Of a stretch of 64,000 bases of DNA, positions 40,801 through 54,173 are shown piece after piece; positions within the stretch are counted from its first letter, which is position 1; each line of letters begins with the position of its first letter. Source of the DNA: Mobula hypostoma (Eukaryota); assembly GCF_963921235.1 (NCBI RefSeq), contig NC_086108.1, forward strand, positions 58,220,001 to 58,284,000. The letters run 5' to 3'. A program made the position numbers and the translations under genes. The notes below the pieces were generated by a model, which saw only the letters and a program-made list of their open reading frames with translations, was not told where the DNA came from and made no database searches.

Positions 40801-41178
40801 ATCGAGGAGAAAAGGCAGAAGAAATATGAAGCAGGTCATGAACGCAGACATTCAGCGCTAGACCAGTCAAATTACAAATGCAACCAATGTGGGAGACAGT
40901 GTCGATCCAATGCTGGTCTTGTGGCCCATAAATGTGCCTGCAGAGACTAAACTCTCAGCACAGTCAACATCGAAATCGATGGACAGCCGAAGAAGAAGAT
41001 TTGCTCAAGTCCAGCAATCCTTTCTGGAAAACTACACAACAGCTCAGAGTTGTGAGTAACCAGTAACAGCCTACATGCTGTTTAGTAGCATGGCAATTTT
41101 ACTGTATACAGTTCATTCTAAACAATGCAGAAGTGCACTAATTACAAGCATTTGTATTATTTCAGATGAACTATACTA

Positions 41179-41433
<255 letters not shown>

Positions 41434-41680
41434 TTAAAAGAATATCAAATACAAGGTAGTGATTTACATTTCTTTTCAATTGTTTCAGATTTTATTTTTA
41501 ACCACCTTTTAAAATGTCATTCGTACATGAGAGCAGCAGGCAATGTACAAATCATAAACTTCTGCTCCTGAAAATATTACATTCCATTTCTTAGATTGTA
41601 TTTTTCAAATATAAAAATACAGATGCCATTAATAGGAATTAAAGGCCGCAAACACAGGAAATAAAATAGGTAATTCTAAG

Positions 41681-41965
41681 TTATTTGTTTATTTATTTAG
41701 AGAACAGCCCCTTCTAGCCTAACGAACTCCACCACCCAGCAACCCACCTATTTAACCCTAGTCTAATCACAAGACAATGTACAATGACCAATTAAACTGC
41801 TAACCAGTATGTCTTTGGACTATGGGAGGAAACAGGAGCACTTGAAAGAAACTCATGCACTCATGAGAAGGAAGTACAAACTTCTTATAGAGGACGCAGG
41901 AATTGAACTCCGACGCCCCGAGCTGCAGTAGTGTTGCGCTAACTGCTACACTACCGTGGCACCCC
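41681..41965 (-). mobile_element. tRNA-derived V-SINE (HE1-like)
   Basis: Minus strand: A-box-like GGTAGTGTAGCAG, B-box GGAGTTCAATTCC, V-domain GTGCTCCTGTTTCCTCCCATAGTCCAAAGAC, (AAAT)n tail. Confidence 0.8.
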
Positions 41966-42254
41966 TACAAGCAAGCAGTTAGGTAACATTTACAGATTCA
42001 CTCAAAATCTTCAACTGCTCTTCAAATGGTTTCTAGAGAGATGAATATTGTAATAGTGCAAATGTATTTCTATTTTGTTATATTTAAAATACAGTAGCAA
42101 TTATAACAGAGGTCAAAGCTCAGTTTTGATGCTTTGAAACAGATTGGGAAACTACATCTAAAGGAGTATAAGTTAACGACTCCAATACGCAAAAGCAATA
42201 TTGAGATAATTTAAAAGATGTATTAAAAATGGAAACCTTTTCTTGGTATTATCA

Positions 42255-42422
<168 letters not shown>

Positions 42423-42992
42423 TTATTTAAGTAAGTTTATCAAGTGGTTCGTTTAACACTACAGCCATAGGGTTCATACATCATTTGGAAAGATAATGCA
42501 ACCAGAAGCTTCCAAGTTGATTTCATCATCTTCCATTCTCATACTACATCTTTTTCTAGCAATCTCTAGGCATTACAGGATACAGACAATAAATACATGT
42601 CTAAGGAGCCATTCAATGCTTCAGTTCAACTAGGAATTTCTGAACAATTCCTATTGTTTTCTATCCTTTCTTGAAAACATTTTGGAAGTAAAAAAGTTTA
42701 ATGTTAAATGAAAAAGCAATTGGTTTTAGAAGAGTAGCTTGAAGTCAAATGGATTAATGCTTCATGTATTCAGTTCTGCTATTTAACTGGACAGTGTAAC
42801 AAGATATCTATTGCTAGGGGCACTGCTGCCTCTTCACAGCTCCAGTGACATGTGTTTAATCCTGGCATCTAATGCCATCTATGTGGAATGTGCACAGTCA
42901 TAACATTATACAGCAAAGAACAGGGCTATTTGGTTTCCCATGCCCACCTTATTGCCATGTATACCAATCCCATAGGAGCATATGTAATTGAA

Positions 42993-44257
42993 TAGAAACA
43001 TAGAAACATAGAAAATAGGTGCAGGAGTAGGCCATTCGGCCCTTTGAGCCTGCACCACCATTTATTATGATCATGGCTGATCATCCAACTCAGAACCCCG
43101 CCCCAGCCTTCCCTCCATACCCCCTGACCCCCGTAGCCACAAGGGCCATATCTAACTCCCTCTTAAATATAGCCAATGAACTGGCCTCAACTGTTTCCTG
43201 TGGCAGAGAACTCCACAGATTCACCACTCTCTGTGTGAAGAAGTTTTTCCTAATCTCGGTCCTAAAAGGCTTCCCCTCTATCCTCAAACTGTGGCCCCTC
43301 GTTCTGGACTTCCCCAACATCGGGAACAATCTTCCTGCATCTAGCCTGTCCAATCCCTTTAGGATCTTATACGTTTCAATCAGATCCCCCCTCAATCTTC
43401 TAAATTCCAATGAGTACAAGCCCAGTTCATCCAGTCTTTCTTCATATGAAAGTCCTGCCATCCCAGGAATCAATCTGGTGAACCTTCTTTGTACTCCCTC
43501 TAAGGCAAGGATATCTTTCCTCAGATTAGGGGACCAAAACTGCACACAATACTCCAGGTGTGGTCTCACCAAGGCCTTGTACAACTGCAGTAGTACCTCC
43601 CTGCTCCTGTACTCGAATCCTCTCGCTATAAATGCCAGCATACCATTCGCCTTTTTCACCGCCTGCTGTACCTGCATGCCCACTTTCAATGACTGGTGTA
43701 TAATGACACCCAGGTCTCGTTGCACCTCCCCTTTTCCTAATCGGCCACCATTCAGATAATAATCTGTTTTCCTATTTTTGCCACCAAAGTGGATAACTTC
43801 ACATTTATCCACATTAAATTGCATCTGCCATGAATTTGCCCACTCACCCAACCTATCCAAGTCACCCTGCATCCTCTTAGCATCCTCCTCACTGCTAACA
43901 CTGCCACCCAGCTTCGTGTCATCCGCAAACTTGGAGATGCTGCATTTAATTCCCTCATCCAAGTCATTAATATATATTGTAAACAACTGGGGTCCCAGCA
44001 CTGAGCCTTGCGGTACCCCACTAGTCACCGCCTGCCATTCTGAAAAGGTCCCGTTTATTCCCACTCTTTGCTTCCTGTCTGCTAACCAATTCTCCACCCA
44101 CACCAATACCTTACCCCCAATACAGTGTGCTTTAAGTTTGCACACTAATCTCCTGTGTGGGACCTCGTCAAAAGCCTTTTGAAAATCCAAATATACCACA
44201 TCCACTGGTTCTCGCCTATCCACTCTACTAGTTACATCCTCAAAAAATTCTATGAGA
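42993..44257 (-). mobile_element. Young 5'-truncated CR1 with open RT/C-terminal frame, inserted into an older CR1 3' end (~42895-44790)
   Basis: ORF 43090..44340 (QGSVLGP, KFADD); (TTTCTATG)n tail; GAATA at 42990-42994 and 44256-44260. Confidence 0.93.
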
Positions 44258-47059
44258 ATAAGTCTATATCCTTCAAGGCTTTGCCTATTTAAGAATCTGT
44301 TTAAGTGCTTTCTAAATGTAGTGAATGTATACAATTCCACACCTCTTCTGGCAGTGAGTTCCAGACAGCAATCACACTGTCTATAAAAAAAACACTCCCC
44401 ATATAGCTCCTTTGTAACCCCATCTACTAATTTTAAAATATCCTTCCCAGCATTTTAAACAAATGTCCCCTTTTCTAACATGGAAAAAGATCCTCACTAC
44501 CTACTATACCTATACCTCAATCAGGTCACCTCTCAGCCTCCATTGCAGGGAAAACAAGCCTATCCTACAAGTCTCTCCCATAATTAAGGGCCTCCGTTCC
44601 AGGCAGCAGCCTGGTAAATCTCCTCTACTCTCTCTCCAGCACCATTACATCCTACCTATAGAGTGGAGACCAGAGTTGTACATGATACTCCAAGTGCTGC
44701 CTAACCAATGTATTGTAGTTGCTTGACATCACAAATGTTATATTCTATGCCCCAGCTTATAAAGGCAAATATGTTAAATGTGTTTTCTAATGTTACAAGG
44801 AGAGTTTAAACTAGATTGGTGGGTAGGTGGGATCCAAAGCAGCAGTGAGGTAGAGGGGATACTGGAAGTTGATGCAAAATTCAATGACAAGTTCAGATAA
44901 GGCAGCAGCATGCTGGAGTGATGAAGGACTATTGGATTAAACTGCCTTTATTTCATTGCAATATATCTGACAGGCAAAGCCAGTAAACTCAGAGCATTAC
45001 TATGTAGGAGTGGTATATCATAGGCTTTACAGAAACATGGCTAAGGGAGAGACAAGACCGACAACTTAAATAACTAACTCTCAGTCAATTGGATTGGAGG
45101 AACAAATTTGCAGGGCAACTGCAAGAATAATGGGGTTGGCACAGTAAGGGATTTTTAACTTTGTTAATATAGACTGGGACTACCACAGTGCTATAAGGGC
45201 ACATATAGGAGAGACAGAGATCAGTGATTCCCAAACTTTTTTGGGTTACAGTCCCCTTGCCTCCCAGACCATATCCCCAGCATCCCCTCTCGCTCTCTGG
45301 CCAATACATAAAACTAAACAGAATTCTGATTTACGATGCAGAGAAAGAAAATAGGGGCTGCAAATTCAAAGCAATGACAAATAATTGCAAAAATTATTCA
45401 AATCTACTTAAAGTTACAAATAATATTACTTCTTCATTTAATTACAGCAAAAACAATTTTCATCAACAACTTTAGACAGCATACATTTGTAGTCCTACTA
45501 TTCACTTCTTCATGGCTTTTTCATCTTTCAATAAGATGGATGGCTTTGGTGCAGTGATAGGTGCTTCTGAACATCAGGCCAAATGTCACTCAGGAGGAGT
45601 ATCAGATCCCTACGTTCAGTAATTTGCAGTCTGTTTTGTTGCTTCGAAAGAAGTTGGGGGACTGCACTGAAACCGTGCTCCACTAAATATGATGAAAGGT
45701 AATAAAGAACATCTTTCCCATTTTCCACAGTACAGGATAGCATTCAGATATTTCTTTCTGCAACCAAGCCTTGGTTGATTTTTTGAACCTTGGCTTCAGC
45801 TCTAAGTTTTTTAGTAGCAAGATCAGTTCTTCCTCCATCCTTCTTGTTAATTCCTCATTTAAAGTGTTCAGGAATGGATTTATTACCCATTTTGGAATTT
45901 GGATTGAGAGAAGATCCCAAAATCTCTGACATGTCTTTCTGCAGCTCACCCAGGTGGTCACAGTGGACTTGAAGATCGTCATTTGGTATTCTTTCTCTCA
46001 CAAATCAGAGAGGTTCGCGTATTGGAGAAGGTCGCTAAGGCCGATGTTGCACTGAAATAAGGTTAACTTGGACAGAAATGTGGAGATGACTGATTTAACT
46101 TTGATAAGATTCAGATCATTTCCTTGCAATTGAAGACTGATTTCACTAAACATAGCTTATTTTTCAAAATTATTCACAATGTCATACCCAATATTCCTGG
46201 GTTTGTTACTGAGTGAGACATCCTAATTTTCAAAGAATTTTATCACAGTTTCAAAAAAAAAACACATAAAAGTGGCTCAGGTAGAGTCCTTTTGAGAGCC
46301 ATCTGATTTCTGTGTACAACAGCAAGCTTTCAAACTATTCACCATTCCTAACACAAGGCTCCCGAAATAGATGAGAATTGAGAACGTGGAATTTGATTTT
46401 ATTTATCGCTGGGATAACAATATCTGCTAACTTATGTAAGACCGTACTCAGAACCTCCCCTACTGCTTGAATCAGTTCTTCTCCGATTCAATGAAGCTTT
46501 CCAGATTTAGCAATGCACAATGAAATGTTGTATGAAGCATGCAAACCAACACTTTTGTTGTGAAGTGCTGACAAACATGTTTTGAAGTGTTTTCCATTTC
46601 TGAAAATTTTCATGAAGCGACTTAAAATAAGCCAAGTTCTTGTTTGCTTTATCAGAGTGTATTCTCTTCAAATGTTCGAGGAGCCTGGGTATTACATTGC
46701 CTCCTTTGAGATAACTCTTTCACAGAATAGGCATATTGGTTGCGGTTGATTGCTTGGCGCTGGTATAAATCCATATTTCCAAAACTCCACACTATTCTGT
46801 CTACACTTCTTTCTTGTTGGTCTGCTTCTGACACTTTTCTTATGGACTAATGACTACGGTCAGTTGCCTTTTAAGTCCAACCTCAAATCCTGAGAATAAT
46901 AAAAGGGGAAAGTTATGACATCATCATAGCTCAGGCAAAACCTGACTCTCTGCCTGAAGGTACATAAAGTGGGGCAGCAATATTCGGTTGGGCCTTGGCT
47001 ATAGCAACCTGGTCAAGCCCATTAGAAAGGGCAGCTTCTGAACTTTACACATTGAACAC

Positions 47060-47287
47060 CATAGAAACATAGAAAATAGGTGCAGGAGTAGGCCATTCGG
47101 CCCTTCGAGCCTGCACCGCCATTTATTATGATCATGGCTGATCATCCAACTCAGAACCCCGCCCCAGCCTTCCCTCCATACCCCCTGACCCCTGTAGCCA
47201 CAAGGGCCATATCTAACTCCCTCTTAAACATAGCCAATGAACTGGCCTCAACAGTTTCCTGTGGCAGAGAATTCCACAGATTCACCA
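47060..47287 (-). mobile_element. Short young CR1 3' end, same subfamily as 37305 and 42993 copies
   Basis: Near-identical to 43000-43226. Confidence 0.9.
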
Positions 47288-47354
47288 TACCCTAATTCAC
47301 AGAAATTGTGTCAATGCATGATATGGGAATCATATTATCACTGTTTTGTTTTAA

Positions 47355-47570
47355 AAACGCAGAGAGTGGTGAGTGCGTGGAATGGGCTGCCAGCAGTGGT
47401 GGTGGATGCGGAACAATAGGGTCTTTTAAGAGACTCCTAGATATGTACATGGAGCTTAGAATAATTGAGGGCTATGGATAAGCCTAGGAAGTTCTAAGGT
47501 AAGGACATGTTTGGCACAGCTTTGAGGGCCGAAAGACCTGTATTGTGCTGTAGGTTTTCTATGTTTCTAA
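47355..47570 (+). mobile_element. Short CR1 3' end
   Basis: TQRVVSAWNGLP; TTTTCTATGTTTCTA tail. Confidence 0.8.
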
Positions 47571-48119
47571 TTTCTTCAGTCCAGATTTCTCATGATATGC
47601 CAAATACAGAAGTGTCACTTTGCTTTGCAACAACTACAACGCTGTTCAAGCAAAGTCTAAGAGAATGGTGAGTTAGCTAGAGATGAGGTGATTACCTGAT
47701 CAATGTAATCAATTATGAGCCACAGAGAATCAAATACTCATTTCATATATTAAGCCTGTAATTCTTCTGCGGCTCCCTTTGCTACTAAGTGCCTGCCATC
47801 ACCCCCTTTATTATTGCCCCCCCCTTAGAAACTGCCACTATCCCCACAAGGTGCTATATTGCCCACTTTGGGAACTACTGATTATAGACAGACAGGGAGG
47901 CAGGCATGGATAGATATAGAGATAGCCCAAACAGGTTTGATAACACTTGGGAAATACTCTTGGAAAACAACAAGTGACTGAGTTGCCATGGGGGGGGGGG
48001 GGGGGAAGCATTTTGGGACCAGTGTTTGTGACCAGGACCAGTTAGTTTAAAATTAGTTACAGAAAGTGATGCATCACAAGCTAAAGTTTTGAACTGGGGC
48101 AAGGCAAATTTTGTCGGTA

Positions 48120-49706
48120 CAGGTTTCCCCCGCCATCCGAAGGTAGAGTGTTCCTATGAAATAGTTCGTAAGCCAGACTGTCGTAAAGCGAAGAAACAAT
48201 TACCATTCATTTATACGGGAAAATTTTGTGAGCGTTTGCAGACCCAAAAATAACCTGCCAAATCATGCCAAATAACACATAAAATCTAAAATAACAGTAA
48301 CATATAGTAAAAGCAGGAATGATATGATAAATACACAGCCTATATAAAGTAGAAATACTTTTCCACAATCATTGCTGAACTGTTCTCTGTAGCAAAAATC
48401 TGACCCAAGCTCTGTTGGCAAAAACACTCTCTCAAGTAACCTTTAAGCTATGAAGCTGCCAAATCATACCAAATAACACGTAAAAATACACAGCCGATAT
48501 AAAGCAGAAATAATGTATGTACAGTGTAGTATCACTTACAGGAATCGGGAAGACAGTTTGCCCAGCACACTGATGATGGTGTGTTAGGCTGAGTCGTCGG
48601 AGTTTGGGTGGTGCAGTGGCACCCACCCTCCGGGCCGTTGACAGATACCGATCCGCGAAGGATGCAGGGGTACAGTGGTAGCTGGGAGGCACCCAGCACA
48701 CCTTTAAGGAAAAAGCTAAAATAAACATTCTAATTAATTAGGTGCCCCCCAGCACGTAATTGTCGGCCCAGATCAGAGGCGACGCAATCATTTTTCTTTA
48801 AAATGTGCTGGGTGCCTCCCGGCTACCACTGCATTCTCCGCATATCGGTATCTGTCCAGGGCCCGGGGGTTGGGGTGGTGGGACACTGGAGTGTCATCTC
48901 ATCGTTGTCTGTTTCCATTAGGGCAGGCAGCTCATCTTCTCCTATGACTGCCCGCCTCGATGTCAAAGGTCGAGGTTCGTCGTCTGCTGTGGCTGATGTG
49001 GAAGGCCTGCTTGACTGCCGAGCCTCGTGCATTTTTCTATCGTACAGTTCTTTGTAAGCACTCAAACCGTCCTGCAAATATGCCCTAAACCGACGTACCC
49101 TTTCAAAATTAAAGTCCCACTTTATCATTGCAGTGAAAATCTCACACAGGTGCTTCACGTTCAGTTTCTGGATGACTTCACTTTCGCTACTGAATTCGGT
49201 TTCGATTGTTATCCTTTCCTCTTCCAATTGCATCAGCTCTTCATCTATCAGTTCTTGGTCATGGGATACCAAAACCTCTTCAACATCATCTTCGTCAGCT
49301 TCCACAAGCCAAACTCACTTTGTCCTTACTTCGTTCACCACGATTGAAATGCTTAATTACGTCTAGTTTTACACTAAGTGTAACACCCTTACGAGCTCTT
49401 TCAGGCTTTTCTGATACCTCAGAACTCATCTTGCAAACGGCTGCTCACAGGCACGTGATTAAGCAATGCCGGCGAGAATGCCGTTCCAAATCCCGGGGAG
49501 AGCAGCTGCTCGGGGCGCGCGCTGCCTTTTATTGGGCACTGCTTTTTTATCACGCGCTGTTCTTTTTCACGCGCTGCTTTTTCAGCGTGCTGCCTTTCTT
49601 CGTAACAGTGAAAACACCTTCTGTTAGCAAAAACAGGTAACTAATGTAGGTCTTTCATAACAGTGAGGTTTCGTAAAGCGAACGTTCGAAAAGCAGGGGA
49701 CACCTG
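48120..49706 (-). mobile_element. Internally deleted Tigger/pogo DNA transposon with TA TSD
   Basis: TA|CAGGTTTCCCCCGC ... GCAGGGGACACCTG|TA. N-terminal HTH start MSSEVSEKPERARKGVTLSVKLDVIKHFNRGER (ATG 49429) and acidic C-terminus (ORF 48823..49305); no DDE core. Confidence 0.82.
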
Positions 49707-50113
49707 TAATAGATAGGAACTTACAAAAGTTGATTAGAGTAGGTTGCTTGTGGGCAAAAGAATATCCAGCAAGTGGGAAGCTTTTAAAAGTGAGGCAGCT
49801 TGAGCTCAAATTCCACATGTATCAGTTCAAGTGAAGTGCAATGCTGACAGGAGTAGGTAACCCCGAATGATGAGAAAACTTGAGGATCTGGTCAGGAAAA
49901 AGGAGGCGTGGATCACGTACAGGCAGCTGGAATCAAGTGAATCCCTGAAGGATCTTAAGAGGATAATCAGAAGGGCAAAACGGAACATGAAATAACATTG
50001 GCAGAGAAGATAAAGGAGAATACAGAAGGGAGTTTTCAAGTACATAAAAGGGGAAAAAAAAAGAGTAACTTGGGAGAGAACAGGGCTTCTTAAATCACCA
50101 AGATGAACATCCA

Positions 50114-53100
50114 CAGTGTGCTAGAAAGCATGTGGAAGCTGTAGAATTTTCTCTATTTCTGCATAAATATGACCTAAAATGTGATCAGATCTTTACACAA
50201 GTTCTACAACTAGATAAAGACCCAATTAAATAAATAACACAAAAAAAATTCTACTTGTTCATTTATTTATTGAAAAAATTATATAATTTTATGTTTTATT
50301 GGAAAAAGTATGTAAACCTCTGGCATAATGCCTTCTACAAATGCTATTTGGAATCCGGTGTTCCAAGCAATGAGATGAGATTGGAGGTGTGGGTTGTAGA
50401 GGTGCCCTGCCCTATAAAAAAAACACACAAAGTCAGGTTACTGACAGAGCCTGCTCTTCTCAAGATCTGTTTGTGTGCACCATGCCACGATCAAAACAAC
50501 TTTCAGAGGACCTTAGAAGAAGAATTGTAGAGAAGCATGAAGCTGGAAAAGTCTACAAAAGCATTTCTAAAGATCCGAGTGTTCAACAGTCCACAGTAAA
50601 AGAAATTGTCTACAAATGGAGGAAACTCAGTATTGTTGCTACTCTCCCTAGGAGTGGGCATCCTGCAACGACCTATAGACATCTCTAAAACTTGCTAAAC
50701 TCTCTGTTCATGTGTCCGATATAAGAAAAATACTGAACAAGAATGGTGTTCACGGAAGGACACCACAGAGGAAACCACTGCTCTTAAAAAAAACATTGCT
50801 GCACATTTCATGTTTGCAGAAGACAAACTGGATATTCTACAATGCTTCTGGGACAATGTTCTGTGGACAGATGAGACAAAAATTGAACTTTTTGGCAGAA
50901 ATCCACATTGTTATGTTTGGAGGAAAAAGGCCACTGCACACCAACACCAAAACCTCATCCCAACTGTGAAGCGTGGTGGAAGGAGCATCATGGGTTGGGC
51001 TACTGTGCTGCCTCAGGGCCTCGACAGCTTGCAATCATTGAGAGAACAATGAATTCAAAATTGCATCAAGACACCTTACAGGAAAATGACAGGATACCAG
51101 TCTGTCACCTGAAGCTTAACAGAAGTTGGATAATGCAACAAGACAATGATGTGAAAAACAAGAGTAAATCCACACAGAATGGTTTAACAAAAAAGAAAGT
51201 TTGTGTTTTGGAATGGCAGAATCAAAATCCTGACCTTAATCCTATAGAAATTTTGTGGAAAGACCTGAAGGAAGCAGTTCATGCAAGGAAGCCCACCAAC
51301 ATCTCAGAGTTGAAGCAGTTTTGTAAGGAGGAATGCCCTAAAATTCCTCCAAGTCAATGTATAGGACTGATCCTGTACATCCCCTTGTACAGCGATAACT
51401 TCAATCAAACAGCTAATGGAAATGTTTGATTGAAGTTATTGCTGTATAAGGAGGTCATACCAGTTATTGAAAGCAAAGGTTCACGTATTTTTCCCAACCA
51501 TTACATGTATTATTGGATCATTTTTCCCTACAAATAAATGAACAAGTAAATAACAAGTTTTTTGTGTTATTTATTTACAAACCCCATTTCCAGAAAAGTT
51601 GGGATATTTTCCAAAATGCAATAAAAACAAAAATCTGTGATATGTTAATTCACGAGAACCTTCATTTAACTGACAAAAGTACAAAGAAAAGATTTTCAAT
51701 AGTTTTACTGACCAACTTAATTGTATTTTGTAAACATATACAAATTTAGAATTTGATGGCTGCAACACACAACAAAAGTTGGGACAGAGGCATGTTTACC
51801 ATTGTGTTACATCACCTTTCCTTTTAATAACACTTTTTAATCGTTTTCGAACTGAGGATACTAATTGTAGTAGATTTGCAATTGGTAATTTTGTCCATTC
51901 TTGCTTGATATAAGACTTCAGCTGCTCAACAGTCCGTTGTCTGATTCTCCTCTTCATGATGTGCCATACATTTTCAATAGATCTGGACTGGCAGCAGGCC
52001 AGTCAAGCACACGCACTCTGTGTCTACAAAGCCACGCTGTTGTAGCCCGTGCAGAATGTGGTCTGGCATTGTCCTGCTGAAATAAGCATGGACGTCCCGG
52101 GAAGAGACGTTGCCTTGAAGGCAACATATGTCAAAATCCTAATATACGCCTCAGAGTCAATGGTACCTTCACATACATGCAACTCACCCATGCCGTGGGC
52201 ACTGATGCACCCCCATACCATCACAGATGCTGGCTTTTGCACCTTTCGCTGATAACAATCTGGATGGTCGTTTTCATCTTTGAGACGGAGAGTTGGACGC
52301 CCGTTATTTTCTGAACACTAGCTGAACTGTGGACTCATCTGACCACAGCACACGGTTCCACAGTCTTTCGGTCCATCTGAAATGAGCTCGGGCTCAGAGA
52401 ACTCGCTGGTGTTTCTGCATAGAGTTGATGTATTGCTTCCTCCTTGCGTAATACAGTTTCAAGTTGCATTTCTGGATGCAGCGACGGACTGTGTTGAGTG
52501 ACAATAGTTTTCCGAAGTACTCCCGAGCCCAGGCGGCTATAATTGTCATAGTAGCATGACGGTTTCTTAGGCAGTGCTGCCTGAGGGCTCGAAGATCACG
52601 CGCATTCAACAGTGGTTTCCGACCTTGCCCTTTACGCACCGAGATGTCTCTGAATTCCCTGAATCCTTTCACAATATTATGTACTGTAGATGTTGAAGGA
52701 CCTAAATTCTCTGCAATCTTGCATTGAGAAATGTTCCTTTTACACTGACTAACAATTCTCTTACGAATTTTGGCACAGAGGGGTGAGCCACGACCCATCC
52801 TTGCTTGCAAAGACTGAGCGTTTGATGGACGCTACTTTTCCACCCAGTCATGATACCTCACCTGCTACCAATTAGCCTGCTTAATGTGGAGTCTTCCAAA
52901 CCGGTGTTACTCGAATATTCTGTGCACTTTTCAATCTTATTTTAACTCTGTCCCAACTTTTGTTGAGTGTGTTGCAGCCATCAAATTCTAAATTTGTGTA
53001 TATTTACAAAATACAATTAAGTTAGTCAGTAAAACTATTGAAAATCTTTTCTTTGTACTTTTGTCAGTTAAATAAAGGTTCACGTGAATTATCACAGATT

Positions 53101-53254
53101 TTTGTTTTTATTGCATTTTGGAAAATATCCCAACTTTTCTGGAAATGGGGTTTGTAATTGGGTTTTTTATCTAGTTTTAGGACTCGTGAAGATCTGATAC
53201 ATTTTAGGTCATATTTATGCAGAAATAGAGAAAATTCTACAGGGTTCACAAACT
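50114..53254 (+). mobile_element. Tc1-like transposon, same family as 24147-25774, with a second Tc1 in its right TIR
   Basis: CAGTGTGCTAGAAAG start; MPRSKQLSEDLRRRIV, VLWTDETKIELFG, QQDND, NPDLNPIEILW; right TIR resumes at 53157. Confidence 0.9.
51578..53154 (-). mobile_element. Tc1-like transposon with near-identical ~210-bp TIRs and TA TSD; transposase internally deleted
   Basis: TA|CAAACCCCATTTCCAGAAAAGTTGGGA ... TCCCAACTTTTCTGGAAATGGGGTTTG|TA. ORFs 52394..52810 (GQGRKPLL) and 52024..52242 (SVMVWGCIS). Confidence 0.93.
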
Positions 53255-54173
53255 ATGTGTAGAACTGCAGGAGATGGGAGACCTCAAAGAATATTTACTC
53301 TTCCAGCTTCCCCTTCCGAAGTCCACAATCAACTCCTTGGTCCTGCTGACAATAGGTGCAAGGTTGTTGTTGCAACACCACTCAAACAGCTGATCTATCT
53401 CACTCCTGTATCGTTGTTTTCTTGAGATTTTACCAACAACAGCGGTGTCATCAGTGAATTTATAAATTGGTGTTTGATTTGAGTTTAGCCACATAGTCAT
53501 GGGTGTACAGAAAGAACACGAGTGGGCTAAGCATGCATCTTTGAGATGTGTCTGTGTTGATGGTCAGAGAGGAGGAGATGCACTGACTATAGTCTACTAA
53601 TAAAGAAGTCAGGGATCCAGTTGCAGATTGTAGGTACAGAGGCCCAGGTTTAGAAGTTTAATAACTAATACTGAGGGGATGATGGCACTGAACATCAAGT
53701 TGTAATTGATAATCAGCAGCCTGATGTATGTTTTGCTTTTATCCAAGTGCTTCAAGGTAGAGTACAGAGTCAGTGAGATTGCATCTGCTGTAACCTTGTT
53801 GACGCTGTAGGTGAATTGTAGCAGGTCCAGGTTTTTGCTGAAGCAGGTGTTAATTCTAACAATAACAAAACACTCAAAGCACTTCATTATGGTAGATGCA
53901 AGTGCAACAGGTCAACAGTCATTGAGGCAGTTTACTCTGCTCCTCTAGAGCACTGATATGACTGATGCCCTTTCGAAGCAGGCGGGAACCTCCCACTGCA
54001 GTATTGAGAGGTTGAGGATGTCCTTGATCGGGGGGGGGGGGGGACTTCCGGGTCATCAAGGGAATGGCGGCGTAAGGAAAAGGTCTCTCGACAAAAAAGA
54101 AGGTAAACTGCCCCAAAATCGAATTTAGACAAATACTTAATATTGCATAACTATATTAATAAAAAGGGCAAGG

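Larger units (their letters stand above)
36440..40998 (+). mobile_element. Near full-length RTE-clade LINE (5' UTR, EN-RT ORF 37279-40950 with stops/frameshifts, (GAA)n tail)
   Basis: MKLIVATWNV...RPERRTALIAKELARYNIDI, GDFNARVG, GNHRGISLLS, GVKQGCALAP, C-terminal CNQCGRQCRSNAGLVAH. ATTTGCTC at 36436-36443 and 40999-41006 is a candidate TSD. Confidence 0.92.
45222..47880 (-). mobile_element. Degraded hAT (Charlie/Buster-type) DNA transposon
   Basis: Ends CAGTGATTCCCAAA / TTTGGGAACTACTG; C-terminal SSYLVEHGFSAV...LQITERRDL...HQSHPS; N-terminal CRQNSVEFWKYGFIP. No matching 8-bp TSD found. Confidence 0.8.
44790..50113 (+). mobile_element. Old CR1 in pieces (44790-45210, 47900-48117, 49709-50113), interrupted by hAT and Tigger elements
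   Basis: Colinear EN-region motifs FTETWL, DFN..IDW, EAFWD/HFG-like segment, ANFV|G..ELTKVD across the Tigger TA site. Confidence 0.65.

Noticed and set aside
41900..41965. tRNA gene
   Set aside because: The A/B boxes belong to a SINE head followed by a V-domain and tail; no full cloverleaf.
45214..47888. 8-bp TSD for the hAT element
   Set aside because: The flanks ACAGAGAT and ATTATAGA do not match.
48823..49305. 160-aa acidic ORF as a novel host gene
   Set aside because: It lies inside TIR/TA-bounded Tigger sequence and resembles the pogo transposase tail.
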